Part shown: positions 23,963-34,995 of the stretch, piece after piece
Position numbering within the stretch: position 1 is the first letter of the stretch
How the letters are laid out: each line of letters begins with the position of its first letter
Origin: Microthyrium microscopicum
Lineage: Eukaryota
Direction of reading: 5' to 3'
NCBI GenBank assembly: GCA_010405405.1
Contig: MU004232.1
Location: forward strand, 1,817,481 to 1,881,480
DNA length: 64,000 nucleotides
Program-made: the position numbers and the translations under genes
Notes under the pieces: generated by a model
What the model saw: the letters and a program-made list of their open reading frames with translations, nothing else
Told to the model about the DNA's origin: nothing
Database searches by the model: none

Positions 23963-24859
23963 ATGAACCTTCGATACGCATTTAGTGCTTTAGTCATCGG
24001 CGTCCTATTCTTGGCTATATCAGTGGTCAGCCAAGAGACTCCTGTAACGGTCATTACACCTGACTCAGATAACAATTTTTTCATTGAACCTCCTGCCAAT
24101 GTATCTTCTCACCAGGATTACTCGAGTAACCCAGTGTATACATTAGGACAGACGCTCGATATACAATGGATTACGGATATACCTTCTTTGCAATTTGACC
24201 TCTATCAAGGAAACCAGACCGTGAACGTCACGGTTCAACACCTTTTTGGCCCTACTACAATTTCCCCTGGAGCAACTAACGGTATGTCAGTCGGTTTCCA
24301 AAATGGAACCAGTACATGGAGCGTCGCCTTGACACCAAGCTTTGTGCTAAACGCAAAGATCGGCAATGTTTTCTTCATGGCAGCACTTAATGCAGGCAAT
24401 CAAGTTGGTTTTGCATCCCGTTATTTCAACATTACAGATCCCAATGCCACTTCATCGTCAGTGACATCCGCGCCGACTACGAGCAAAACTTCCGATACTA
24501 CTCCAACCAACACACCACAGCCTTCACTCAAGCCATCCATCGGTGGAGGAAGCATCGCTGGTATCGTTGTAGCTGCGCTGGGGGGCACATTTGCTTGTCT
24601 AGTAGTTGCGCGGCTACTGTGGAGAAAACGCAGACTTGGCCGACAACCGCCCGAGAAGGAGCCCGAAGATGCGACATGGCAGAAAACGGAACTGGATGCA
24701 AAGTCAAAGGATCCTTATGAGTTGAATGGCACGGCTGTAGCAGAGTTGCCAGGTACTTCTCAGCTGGCTGAGCTACATTCTGAGCCTGCTGAGCTGCCAG
24801 CCGAAGAAGGGCAACGCCTTGCAAGAAGATCGGAAGAAAGTGCGGCTTCTATAACGTGA
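23963..24859 (+). CDS. Single-pass membrane protein (signal peptide, Ser/Thr-rich stalk, Mid2-like TM helix)
   Basis: MNLRYAFSALVIGVLFLAISVVS signal; N-glycosylation sequons; GGGSIAGIVVAALGG TM followed by WRKRR. Start taken at the internal ATG 23963. Confidence 0.8.
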   Translation: MNLRYAFSALVIGVLFLAISVVSQETPVTVITPDSDNNFFIEPPANVSSHQDYSSNPVYTLGQTLDIQWITDIPSLQFDLYQGNQTVNVTVQHLFGPTTISPGATNGMSVGFQNGTSTWSVALTPSFVLNAKIGNVFFMAALNAGNQVGFASRYFNITDPNATSSSVTSAPTTSKTSDTTPTNTPQPSLKPSIGGGSIAGIVVAALGGTFACLVVARLLWRKRRLGRQPPEKEPEDATWQKTELDAKSKDPYELNGTAVAELPGTSQLAELHSEPAELPAEEGQRLARRSEESAASIT

Positions 24860-25303
24860 CTAGTGTGAAATGTTTGGAGATATATCTTCATTCTTCCAGA
24901 GGCAGTCTTGGATCAATTCCTGTTTGATAAAAGTAATAAGTTATTGTTTGACGACAGGATCACTACTTGGATTACGGGAAAATTATTCTAACGACCAACC
25001 GTTCATGGAATTTGCGCTCACGACTTTGCAAAGGAACTTGATCATTGAGAATACCATCTGATCTGAAAGCAACCATCAAGTTCTGATTCTGTTCGTCGAA
25101 CAGAGCTACACCACTTCGGAAATTGATCAGCCCTGGCCGACGACCCACCAACTTTGCCTCGACTTCTGCTGGCTTCCTTTACAAAAAGCAGCATTTATCT
25201 TGGATCTATGTTCACAATCAACTGCTGTGCTATTCCATAAATCCACTGTTCTAATCAACCGATCATACGCCTGAGACTCACTCAAAAGGCCCAAGAGCTC
25301 AGA

Positions 25304-26950
25304 ATGGAGTTGCTTTCTCTGATCATCAAAAGCATCCAAACTCACAGAGATGGAATAAAGAAGATAAACGATACGGTAGACTTCTCCTATATTTGCAACT
25401 TAGAATACGACATGCTGACAGTAGCTTGAGAATAGATCTGGAGCAACCCACAATTGGCGTGGCATGAAACAATAGCTCATGACACCATCTGCGACTTCTT
25501 CGATGATTTAGAATCCGACTACACGGTACACAGGCATGCATACGGGATAGAGACAAGCTTCTTGATCCAAGCAAGCACACTAGCTGATCCTCCTGGTCTG
25601 TCACTTCCGCAAAACGACAGCTCAAAAATCATTGTCTTCAACGCGGAATATGACGCTCTCCCAAGTATGGTTCCAGATCCAGACTCCAAGCCTCCCCAAC
25701 TCAAGCCCGCCCATGCCTGTGGCCACAACCTCATCGCCTCCGCATCAATCGCAGCCTTCATCGCCTGCTGGCAAGCCCTCAAATCGACTAAACAGCCCGG
25801 CACTATACGACTGCTCGGAACACCCGCCGAAGAAAGCGGCGGCGGTAAAATCAGACTCCTCAAAGCAAGTGCCTACCTCAACATCAACGCCTGTCTCATG
25901 GCCCATCCACTCCCACTATCTCAAGACGCGAGCATCAAAGCACTGGCATTTACCACGACTCTCGCATCGCAGGGAATCACCGCCGAGTTCCACGGAGTCG
26001 ATGCCCATGCCGGAATGGCTCCCTGGGACGGCAAAAATGCACTCGACGCCTTGGTCAACTCCTACGTGGGTATATCCGCGCTGCGACAGCAATTGAAGCC
26101 AACAAACAGAGTGTCAGGCATAATCACAAACGGCGGAAGTGCTGCTAATGTTATACCGGCGTATACCAGAGCGAAATACGGCATCAGGGCGGAAACGAGA
26201 AAGGAATTGGATGAGTTGAGGAAGAAGGTCAGGCGGTGCTTTGAGGCTGGTAGTGAGGCGGCGGGTTGTACTGTTGATGTCGATGAGTGAGTTTATATCC
26301 TTTTAGTTGTTGAAGTCTGATTACTTTCACGGCTACAGATAGGTTGAACGATACTGATGTTTTCCTAGTACGCATATCGCTTACTGGGATATGATCTCCA
26401 ATAGTCACCTGTGTCATGGCTTTACAGATCGTATGAATCAGTTCGGGATCAAGACTGTATACCGCATTCCTGAGATCACAGATCATCCCGGTGCCGCTTC
26501 CGATCAAGGTAAGAATATCATCCGATAGAAACACGGAGATATTCCAACTTAGAACTTCCAGGCAACGTATCTCATTTCTGTCCGGCCATGCAGGCGGCAT
26601 GCTTCATTGACAGTAAAGGAGCTGTCAATCATACGCCTGGCTTTGCGGAGGCAGCTGGCACCGAAGATTCTTTTGATCGATCATTGGACTGTGCAAAGGG
26701 GTTGGCAGCAGTGGGATTCGATGTACTGACTGATAGGATGTTTGGCGCTGCGATCAAGGACGGGTATATGCTGGATATTGCGCGCAAGGCAGAGGTGGTT
26801 ACTGGGGATTCTGGAAAGGAAATACCAAGTGGAGAGGAGATTGATAGATTGATTCGATGTCATTCGCACTCTGTGGCACATTTGCTGAAGCCAGGGATGA
26901 AGAAAGAGGAGATTATGGGAGTGTTGATGGCAACGGATGCGCTGTTTTAA
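25304..26950 (+). CDS. M20 family amidohydrolase (PM20D2/AbgB-like); multi-exon
   Basis: FNAEYDALP, HACGHNLIA, LLGTPAEESGGGKI, AHAGMAPWDGKNALDA, GAVNHTPGF. Confidence 0.9.
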
Positions 26951-27307
26951 CAGAAAGAAACTAGCATTGCATCTCGGTGAGTTGGTGACTGCATAAACTT
27001 GTCTACTTGTTATGAAAGTTCTGTTTTTCAATCAATGCCAGACGATGTCAACACCTGTTGCTCATGAATAGTTGGATTGGACCACTATAAGTGAGCCTAC
27101 ATAAACCCCCCAACACCAGCAAGCAACCCAGCCTCAGCCCACTTCAATCGTGGCAAGGATACAGCAAGATCAAGAAACAAAGTTCTCGTATGTAGTAGTC
27201 ATAACAACTACTTCTAATCATAGGGAATTCGTAGCATAAACATACAAAAGTTACATTCAATCATCATCAGTGTTGCCATCCAGCATCATCGCGCGTCGCG
27301 AACACAA

Positions 27308-27890
27308 TTATTTCGTGTCCTTGGTGACCTTATCCACCATATGCCAGCCCTACAGATATCAAATTAGCATCGTCATCTTCTTCACCAAAAGAGGTGTTTG
27401 AATTACCTTTTCCTTGAGCTTGTCAAAGTACGCCTTGTCGCGCTCGCCCGCGCCATGCACGTGGCCGTCGCGCGAATTGGGCGTCGAGTAGATACTGCCC
27501 TTGCGCTTCTGGAACTGCGATGGTGGCACCTTGGATGCATCTAGCGTGTCTTTATATCAGCACGTGGTTCACTGCAAACGTGGGTAGGTTGGGCTGGTTG
27601 TTAGCTTACCCCATTCGCGGCTTTCGCGGCGGCCTGTGGTGGGTGAGCCTTCGCCTTCGCCGGGAGGCATGGCCATGTCGTCGGAGCCGGCGATTTTGGA
27701 AGAGTCGAAGTCATTGCCTTCGCGTTGGGCGGCAAATGGATCGGTGGTGGGTTTGGTGGTGTTCTCTGGAGTTTGTTAGTTTTGCGCGTTTGTTTGGGGG
27801 CGCGAGGTTGTGGAATGGATGGTTTGTATGGGTGAGGGAGAGGTACGTACCGGTCGACGAATCGACAAGCTGTGTGGTCTCAGAAGCCAT
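27308..27890 (-). CDS. Small conserved fungal hypothetical protein; 4 exons
   Basis: Spliced frame MASETTQLVDSST...RRESREW/DASKVPPSQFQKRKGSIYSTPNSRDGHV...KLKEK/GWHMVDKVTKDTK* with canonical GT-AG introns. Not captured by the ORF track. Confidence 0.8.
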
Positions 27891-28227
27891 ATTGGCGACG
27901 GGTTTGATGTAGTAGACGGATGTGGATCGTGGTCGTAATATCAATTGGTGTTGATGTGTAATTTGTAGATAGATGGAGAAGGCTGAGAATTATGGGGAAA
28001 GTAGGAGTCGCAGATGGTGAAGCAAGGCGGGGCACAGACTTTATAGATATAACAATGACGGGCTTATAGAGGCGAAAAGGTGCGATACGTCAGATAAGGC
28101 AGCATGGGCAAGCAGATTCTCACCAGATCAGATTGTCTTTTTGCTTGCTTGGGGTTGGGCGTGACTGCCTCATCAGTCATCTCTCTCGCCAGTCGCTCTT
28201 TCCGCTCAACTTACTCTACTCATCTAC

Positions 28228-28660
28228 GGCGATCGGGGACACCTCAACGAGGAGGACACCTCAGCAAGGAATTAATTATAACTCAACCATAAATAGATAA
28301 TATCTTCTAAAAAGCTTATGGTAGTTAGTTATAGAGTTAAAGTATCTAGTTACTAAATTTTAAAAAATTTAAACTAAAGGAAACTTCCTTTATAAGGGTA
28401 CGAAGAAAAGATATAAAGAGTAAAGCCTTTATAACTCTATAGCCTATAACTAAATCTTTTTAAAATTTAGATATACTTTAGAGTAAATACCTTTCTATCT
28501 ATAGATAGAATTTTGTATTCTTTTATCATAAGATAATAGAATAATATTATATTTTGTATACAAAATTGGCAAAGATATAGAATAATATTAGTCTATGCGT
28601 AGAGGATTTAGCTGAAGCCCTTGTTAAGGTGTCCTCCTCGTTGAGGTGTCCCCGATCGCC
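28228..28660. mobile_element. MITE / non-autonomous TIR element, 433 bp, RIP-affected
   Basis: 42-bp TIRs at 28228-28269 and 28619-28660 (2 transition mismatches), each holding two GGACACCT(C/T)A units; TAC on both sides; AT-rich interior. Confidence 0.88.
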
Positions 28661-29299
28661 TACGGCGATCGTGTTGTTAACCGATGAGTAGGCAGTTGCG
28701 CTCTATGGTTGGCGGGAAGGAGCGAAAGGCTGAATTATGACGTTAATGCAGCGAATATCCCTGTCAAGCCTTGTCTAGACCATCGCCAAGGTCACGACTA
28801 AAATGCACCTGCGTCTCTCGTGTTCTACGATGACGATATCAGACGCATTGTAACAATATCTTGCTCATACAAAGGCCCCCGATTCTACCAGGTCCCTCTG
28901 CGGAGTAAAAGTCATCAACCATCATGCCAATCACCATCATTCCACTACCTGGTATCACTTCAACCCAACTCCACAGCGTCCCACAACATCAATCACTATA
29001 AGGGGCCCTGCCGATCTCCAATCAAGCATTTTGCTTATCTTTCTACGAGGACTGGACAAACTGGCACCAAATATGCAGCTTTTGTACACCAATGCGGGTA
29101 CTACGCAAGCCCGCGACCGCAAACATCAAATGCACTCCCAGCTGTAATCGACTCTGAGCCAAGGGAGGCTGTGTTCAAAAGTTTTCTGCGTGTCCAAGCA
29201 TCGTCTCGCAGGCTGCCCATGTGCGCGCTGCATGCATCCAATCATCTTGGGTAGAGAAGGGAGGGCTTTTACGTCAACGATGGGATCTGCATGAGTATA

Positions 29300-30030
29300 A
29301 ATGATTAGATGTTGAACAACTTCTCAACGTGTAAGGATTATCACGAGATACCTTGCGAAGTATAGGTGAGCTGTACCTGTTAGACTGATAAAAGAATAGA
29401 AGAAGATGCAGTTGGACAACTACAGAGCCCCAAACTCCACAGAACAGGAATAATAGTCTCGCTATCATCTGGGACCCGGTGGTTTGGTTCGGCTCCCAGA
29501 TCCATCTGATCTTACACATGCTACCGTAGGGGACTATCCACTTCGAGAAAGCTTGCCAAAGCTCCTCCATAAAGTAGTTATATTCCGCACTAGATATTCG
29601 GAGCAGGCAGAAGTCGGAGCCTCCTTTTCTCATCTACGGTCGCGAGATCACTAGTTTCTCATAGTTCATCGGGGCATTGATTGTGATAGCTCAGGAGGCT
29701 ACAGTTGTACGCGTTATTAGGAGTCATTCATGTTGAGTGAACTGCCGTAGATATCCGCACGGCATCCAAGGCTGACACGCATTTTGGGTATGCGGCTGGA
29801 AAGAGTAGTTGTAGGCGAAAGATATCAAAAGTATGTTTGATTTTACTCTAGGAAGGATATGTTTCTTGGCTGTTGAACGGTGCCGGCGATGAAGGATATG
29901 TAGCAAAGAGCTCTTGAAGCGCATATGGGACATGAATGCCGATCTGATGCAGGCAGTAGCTCGAATGAAATGATGTCAGATAGTAGTTGAATGAAGAGGT
30001 ATTGCTTGATTCTTAATAGTTCTCACATCC
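29300..30030 (-). pseudogene. Possible degenerate RING-finger gene relic
   Basis: Frameshifted fragments CPIC/LQELF (~29935-29905), MPCG (~29765) and HNQCP (~29680) in RING-like order. Confidence 0.25.
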
Positions 30031-30403
30031 AGCCCAACCCAGGTCCCAGCCATCCATCCATCATCCACACTTAACTGTCATACAAGAAACAAGTTTACGA
30101 CATAGGAGAAACACCCAGGCAAAGAGCCTCTACTACCATCAAAACAACACAACATCTGTCACAACTCCTCGCCTGCAAAGCACATCGATCGCGGGTTGGA
30201 GAACAGTGAATAACAAAGAAAGGCAAAAGAATATACAGCTGAAAAAGAAAATCAAGGCAAGCAATGCTTCCCTGAGGAAAAGGGGAAAGAAGAAACGCCT
30301 GGCAAATGCTGAGATTTTGATCCCCTCCCGCCCCATCATAGTTGACAAACGAAATATAACCAAAAACAACACAGAATACACGCTCATACGTGGGTGAGCG
30401 GTT

Positions 30404-33019
30404 TTATAGATCGTCAAGATCCACATCGATAGCGTCTGGATTCGCGGGCAGATTTTCTTTGCCAGAGTCTTCAGGCTTGTTGCCGCCTACGTTGCCAGCA
30501 CTGACGAAGCCAACGGGTGCGCGAGCCGCACGCTCGAGGGCGGCCATTGCGTCGATTTCTCCATCGAGTGTTTCACCGTCTGCTGTCTGCGCTTGCTGCT
30601 TGCTGCGCGCAATGGCCTGGGAGGCAATGAAGTTGACATCAGTACTACAAAACATGTTAGTATATTTTTGACAGAGGAAGTGGGAAGGAGGGACATACTT
30701 GTATTGAGCCTGCACGCTCCGCTTGATACGCAGCATCTCTTTGAAGGTATCCTCGTTACCGTGCTGCACCTCAAACGACTCCCACTTGGTCCAGAATTCT
30801 GGGTTCGTACGCGGATCGCAGAACTGACTTGCATGTCCCATGATCGCGCGGGCACGATCAATCTCGCCAAGGCGACGCTCCATGTCTGCAAACTTGAGAC
30901 ACATCTCCTTAGCTTCCTTGTCAGGCAGTGCAGCGATGGCACGCTCGTAGATGTGGCGAGTAGACGTGAGGCCAAAGTTTGACGCCGACTTAGTGATGTA
31001 GTACTGGAACATGTCCATGCGGTCTTCATCGGCAACATCGCGCGTGGCACGTTCGTAGATACGCATGGCGTGGCGAGCGAGGCCGCGCTCTTCCTCAAGC
31101 TCGCCATACATGAGGTAGATGACTTTAGCGAACTTGGCAGGGCAGTTTTCGAGAGCTTGTTCGAAAAGATCGCGCAGGCGTTCCATGCCAATGCGGCGCT
31201 CGACGGCTTTGCTCAGGTAGAGATTCCAGAGCTCAAAGGCAACAGGGTAGCTGAAGAGTTCGAGACCGCGTTCATAGATCTTGAATGATTCTTCGTAATA
31301 CTTCTGCTCCTCCATAAGGTTGGCGTAGTTGACGATGGTTTGCGGCGTTGCTATCCGTAGCTCGAATATCCGTTCGTAAATTCTCTTGGTATCTTCAAGG
31401 GTGCCCACGCTTTCTACCAGATCGACATAAAAGCTCCACAGTTTCCAGGATTTGTGTACTCGTTGTTGAGGTGATAGAGTCTCGTCAAAGTAGTCAATAT
31501 TGGATCGTTTTGGAGCCTGTGTTGCTTTTGCCATTATGTCCATAGCCTTTTCGAAATTGTCATTCCGTAGTTCCATCTCTGCCCAAGCACACCACATTTC
31601 GGCGAGTTCGTTGACGGTCTTGAAAGGCACCTTGACAGCTTTTTCCATGATAACCCGAGCAGTCCGTAGATCTCCACCATTCTCATAGACCTTGGCGTAG
31701 CTGTCCCAAAGCGCATGAAATTGCCCAGAAGCTTTCTTTGGATGTATGGCGGCAATGGCATCGGTGTAAGTTTGTACGATTTCTTTCTTGTTCTCTCCCC
31801 AGAGAACAATCCGCTTCTCCCATTCGGTGACGTTGTTTGGATTTTGCCGTAGTAATACATCGTTGACAAGAAATGGACGGCGATCCATGAGTTGTTCAAA
31901 TCGCATCAATCGAATATCCAGATCCAAGTCTGCTTCTTCATCTTGCTTTCCTTTGTTGGATCGAGCGGCGGCTTGATCCATCTTGACACCAATGAGTGCC
32001 TCTTCTGCCTCTGCATAGGCATCAAAAACGATTGTGAAATCACGAACTGTCATGACAGTGGTGATGCCTTCTTCAAACACGTCCCGCGCTTTTTCGTAAT
32101 CTCCTCGATTAATCCAGTAACGAGCCAAGCCCACCCAGAGAATTCCTCGTTGATCTGAAAATTGTTCGATGCCACTTCTCACTATCTTGTCGACATCGAT
32201 TCCGGCATCTTCCCCAGTCTCGACTTCCTTGGCATGGTCGATGAGTAGTTCCAGCATTTCGGTCCAGAACTGAAATGGTCCTTTGGCTTCCTTGCTCTTG
32301 AATTTTGGATTGTTCAAAATATTCATGTACTGCTTGATAGCTTCCGTGTATTTTCTCATATCCACGAGAAGTTCAATAAAGTCTTCCGCGTGCTCAGGAT
32401 GAATTTGCATGTACCGCCGCCATATCTTTACAGCAGTCTCCCCCGAAGCCGAATTGGCAAAGGGTCGATAGAGTGCCCATATGCGATTGTGTTGTGTAAT
32501 TGGCAACGCCCTCAACGCACGATCAAACGTGCGTCTCGTTGTAGTAACCAGTGGTTGTTGCATGAGAAATGTAAGGTACATTTCCCAGACTTTTGGCATC
32601 TTGTTGAGCAAAACCAGAGCGCGCTCAAACAGCGAATTGACCTTGACAAAATGTGCAGCATATTTGGCAGGATTCTTGCTCTTCAAATGCTCAGTGCGGA
32701 GTTCCAAATACATCTTCCACAGTTTATAGCTTCGCGGTAGCATGGTGACGGCGCGTTCGAGTACAAAAGCCTGTTGTAGTACACTGCCATGCTTGCGCTT
32801 GAACGCAGCATATTCCAACCATGGCTTGATATTTCCGGGGCTGCGCATCACATCCTGCTCGTAGACGGCATCGCTGTCGGATATAAGATACAGGTCGGGG
32901 TGACGGGTGGCCATGGTGGATGAGCGAGTGGTAGAAGCTTTTTGTTTGGGCATGGACTTCAGGGCGGAGGAGCGAGAAGGAGGAACGAGGGGCCTCGCCA
33001 CGAGAAGGTCGCCGGGCAT
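30404..33019 (-). CDS. SYF1: Pre-mRNA splicing factor Syf1 (HAT repeats); true start may be 32914; intron 30645-30698
   Basis: LPRSYKLWKMYL, RRPFLVNDVLLRQNPNNV, FEVQHGNEDTFKEMLRIKRSVQAQY, NPDAIDVD terminus. Confidence 0.96.
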   Translation of the reverse strand: MPGDLLVARPLVPPSRSSALKSMPKQKASTTRSSTMATRHPDLYLISDSDAVYEQDVMRSPGNIKPWLEYAAFKRKHGSVLQQAFVLERAVTMLPRSYKLWKMYLELRTEHLKSKNPAKYAAHFVKVNSLFERALVLLNKMPKVWEMYLTFLMQQPLVTTTRRTFDRALRALPITQHNRIWALYRPFANSASGETAVKIWRRYMQIHPEHAEDFIELLVDMRKYTEAIKQYMNILNNPKFKSKEAKGPFQFWTEMLELLIDHAKEVETGEDAGIDVDKIVRSGIEQFSDQRGILWVGLARYWINRGDYEKARDVFEEGITTVMTVRDFTIVFDAYAEAEEALIGVKMDQAAARSNKGKQDEEADLDLDIRLMRFEQLMDRRPFLVNDVLLRQNPNNVTEWEKRIVLWGENKKEIVQTYTDAIAAIHPKKASGQFHALWDSYAKVYENGGDLRTARVIMEKAVKVPFKTVNELAEMWCAWAEMELRNDNFEKAMDIMAKATQAPKRSNIDYFDETLSPQQRVHKSWKLWSFYVDLVESVGTLEDTKRIYERIFELRIATPQTIVNYANLMEEQKYYEESFKIYERGLELFSYPVAFELWNLYLSKAVERRIGMERLRDLFEQALENCPAKFAKVIYLMYGELEEERGLARHAMRIYERATRDVADEDRMDMFQYYITKSASNFGLTSTRHIYERAIAALPDKEAKEMCLKFADMERRLGEIDRARAIMGHASQFCDPRTNPEFWTKWESFEVQHGNEDTFKEMLRIKRSVQAQYKYVPPSHFLCQKYTNMFCSTDVNFIASQAIARSKQQAQTADGETLDGEIDAMAALERAARAPVGFVSAGNVGGNKPEDSGKENLPANPDAIDVDLDDL

Positions 33020-33440
33020 CGCTTAGCGACGCGGCAGACTACCGAAGACAAGCCGTGGTGAGATGAGAGAGGACGGAGGAGAAGGGAGAGAAAGATGGCG
33101 GAGAGGATGGTGGAGGATTGAGGTGAAGTAAAAAGTTCGAGGATAGGTGAGGGAGCAGAAGTGGTGAGAAAACGGAGTAGACGGCAGGCGCTACGGTTGG
33201 CGCATGCTGAAAAACGTTGAGAGATCTTTTTCGTACGATTGGTCTAAGCTGTTTTGGGTTCTAGGTTTCTAGCTTCAGCATGACATTGGTCTTTGGTTGG
33301 CTGCGAGTGAAGAAATTGAGCTAGTCTGTGCTGTTCACTAGCCAAGAAAAGACTGGCGCTGTAACTTACAGCGTGTGAACCAGTCCAGGCAGAAAGAGGA
33401 AAAGCTCGGTCAGACCACTCCTTCCTTTCTCAGACCTGTA

Positions 33441-33669
33441 CCGTAGCTTTCGCATCAAATGCAGGATTAATTAACCGCTTTTGGCAATCCCAAATTTGGG
33501 ATGACCAATATCTTTCACCAATGATAAGTAGAGGATTAATTTCACGTGTGAACAAAAGCTAGCGCTAGGTAGGGTCCCCTAGGGTCCCCTAAAATTACTG
33601 AGTAGTAAGCCCAAATTTGGGATTGCCAAAAGCGGTTAATTAATCCTGCATTTGATGCGAAAGCTACGG
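33441..33669. mobile_element. Tc1/mariner-type MITE, 229 bp
   Basis: Perfect 60-bp TIRs (33441-33500 and 33610-33669) starting CCGTAG; TA duplication at 33439-33440 and 33670-33671; internal tandem TAGGGTCCCC x2. Confidence 0.92.
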
Positions 33670-33871
33670 TAGCTGGACCATGCCTTCCGTGGGCGAGAGC
33701 TCTTTCTCGTCTTGCAGATTGCAGCTTTGATGAACCAGAGAGGGGTCCCATCAATTACTACCCTCTGTCTTATCTTAAGCCCGCAACAAGCTCAATATAG
33801 TTCTTTCCAGCTTGATCTCTCCCGAAATACACTGCCAATAAGCAAGTCTTTCACTCGCTCAATAATTCACC

Positions 33872-34850
33872 ATGTCTGGTGCCGGGGTATGTCATCGCAA
33901 CTCCGACCTGTTACCGAAATAGGCAATGCTGATAGCTTCTCATAGGCTCGCGAAGCTGTCTTTCCCACCCGCCAGGTGCTGGGTCAGATGAAGAGCAAGT
34001 TAAAGGGTGCTCAAATCGGTCACGACTTACTCAAACGTAAAAGTGAAGCTCTAACAAAGTATGCCACTTGCCAGTCTATCGTGATCCTTAGCTAACATCC
34101 CTAGGCGCTTTCGAGGTACATCCCCATAGCCTTCCAAAAGCTCCCTCGAGTCTCCTTAACCCTTTTCAGAAATCACTCGCCGTATCGATGAAGCCAAACG
34201 CAAGATGGGCCGCGTTATGCAAATCGCAGCCTTCTCCCTCGCCGAAGTAACATACGCCGTCGGTGGTGACATTGGCTACCAAATCCAAGAATCCGCCAAA
34301 AACGCCCGTTTCCGCGTCCGTACCAAGCAAGAAAACGTCTCCGGTGTCTTCCTCCCCGCCTTTGAAAGCTTCCAGACAGAAGGCAACAACGATTTCCAGC
34401 TTACTGGCCTGGGTAAAGGTGGACAGCAAGTGCAAAGATGTCGCGAGACGTATAGTCGGGCTGTCGAGACGTTGGTGGAGCTGGCGAGTTTGCAGACGGC
34501 GTTTGTGATTTTGGATGAGGTGATCAAGGTGGTGAATCGACGTGTGAATGCCATGTAAGTTTGGTCCCATGTGCTGGAAATGTGGTTGCTGACGGTGTGG
34601 GGACAGTGAGCACGTTATTATTCCAAGGACGGAGAACACGATCAAGTACATCAATTCGGAGCTGGATGAGCTGGATCGAGAAGAGTTTTACCGGTTGAAG
34701 AAGGTTTCTGGCAAGAAAGAGCGTGACGCTGCTGTGGCGGAGAAGGCAAGATTGGCTGCAAAGAAGGCTGCAGCAGAACGCGAGGTAGAGGACGATATAG
34801 AGACGAAAGATATGCTTGGAGACCAGGACAACGAGGATGTAATCTTTTAA
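33872..34850 (+). CDS. VMA8: V-ATPase V1 subunit D; 5 exons including an 11-nt micro-exon (34105-34115)
   Basis: REAVFPTRQ, LLKRKSEALTKRF, MGRVMQIAAFSLAE, LVELASLQTAF, NRRVNA, ELDELDREEFYRLKK. Confidence 0.96.
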
Positions 34851-34995
34851 CAGCACTTAGTTCGTGCCATGCATTGTCACCAGGCACATATCATGCCAAA
34901 TTTGTATCATAAAGTTAATTCGCACTTGATCCTCGTAAAGAGTAATGATTCCTGCCAAACGCCATGCTGTGCTTTGATTATTCGATCCAGCCAGT

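Noticed and set aside
30404..31320. Shift to GC-rich codons in the 3' third of SYF1 as a sign of recombination or transfer
   Set aside because: Similar within-gene composition shifts appear in the M20, MFS and AzgA genes, so it looks genome-typical; not quantified.
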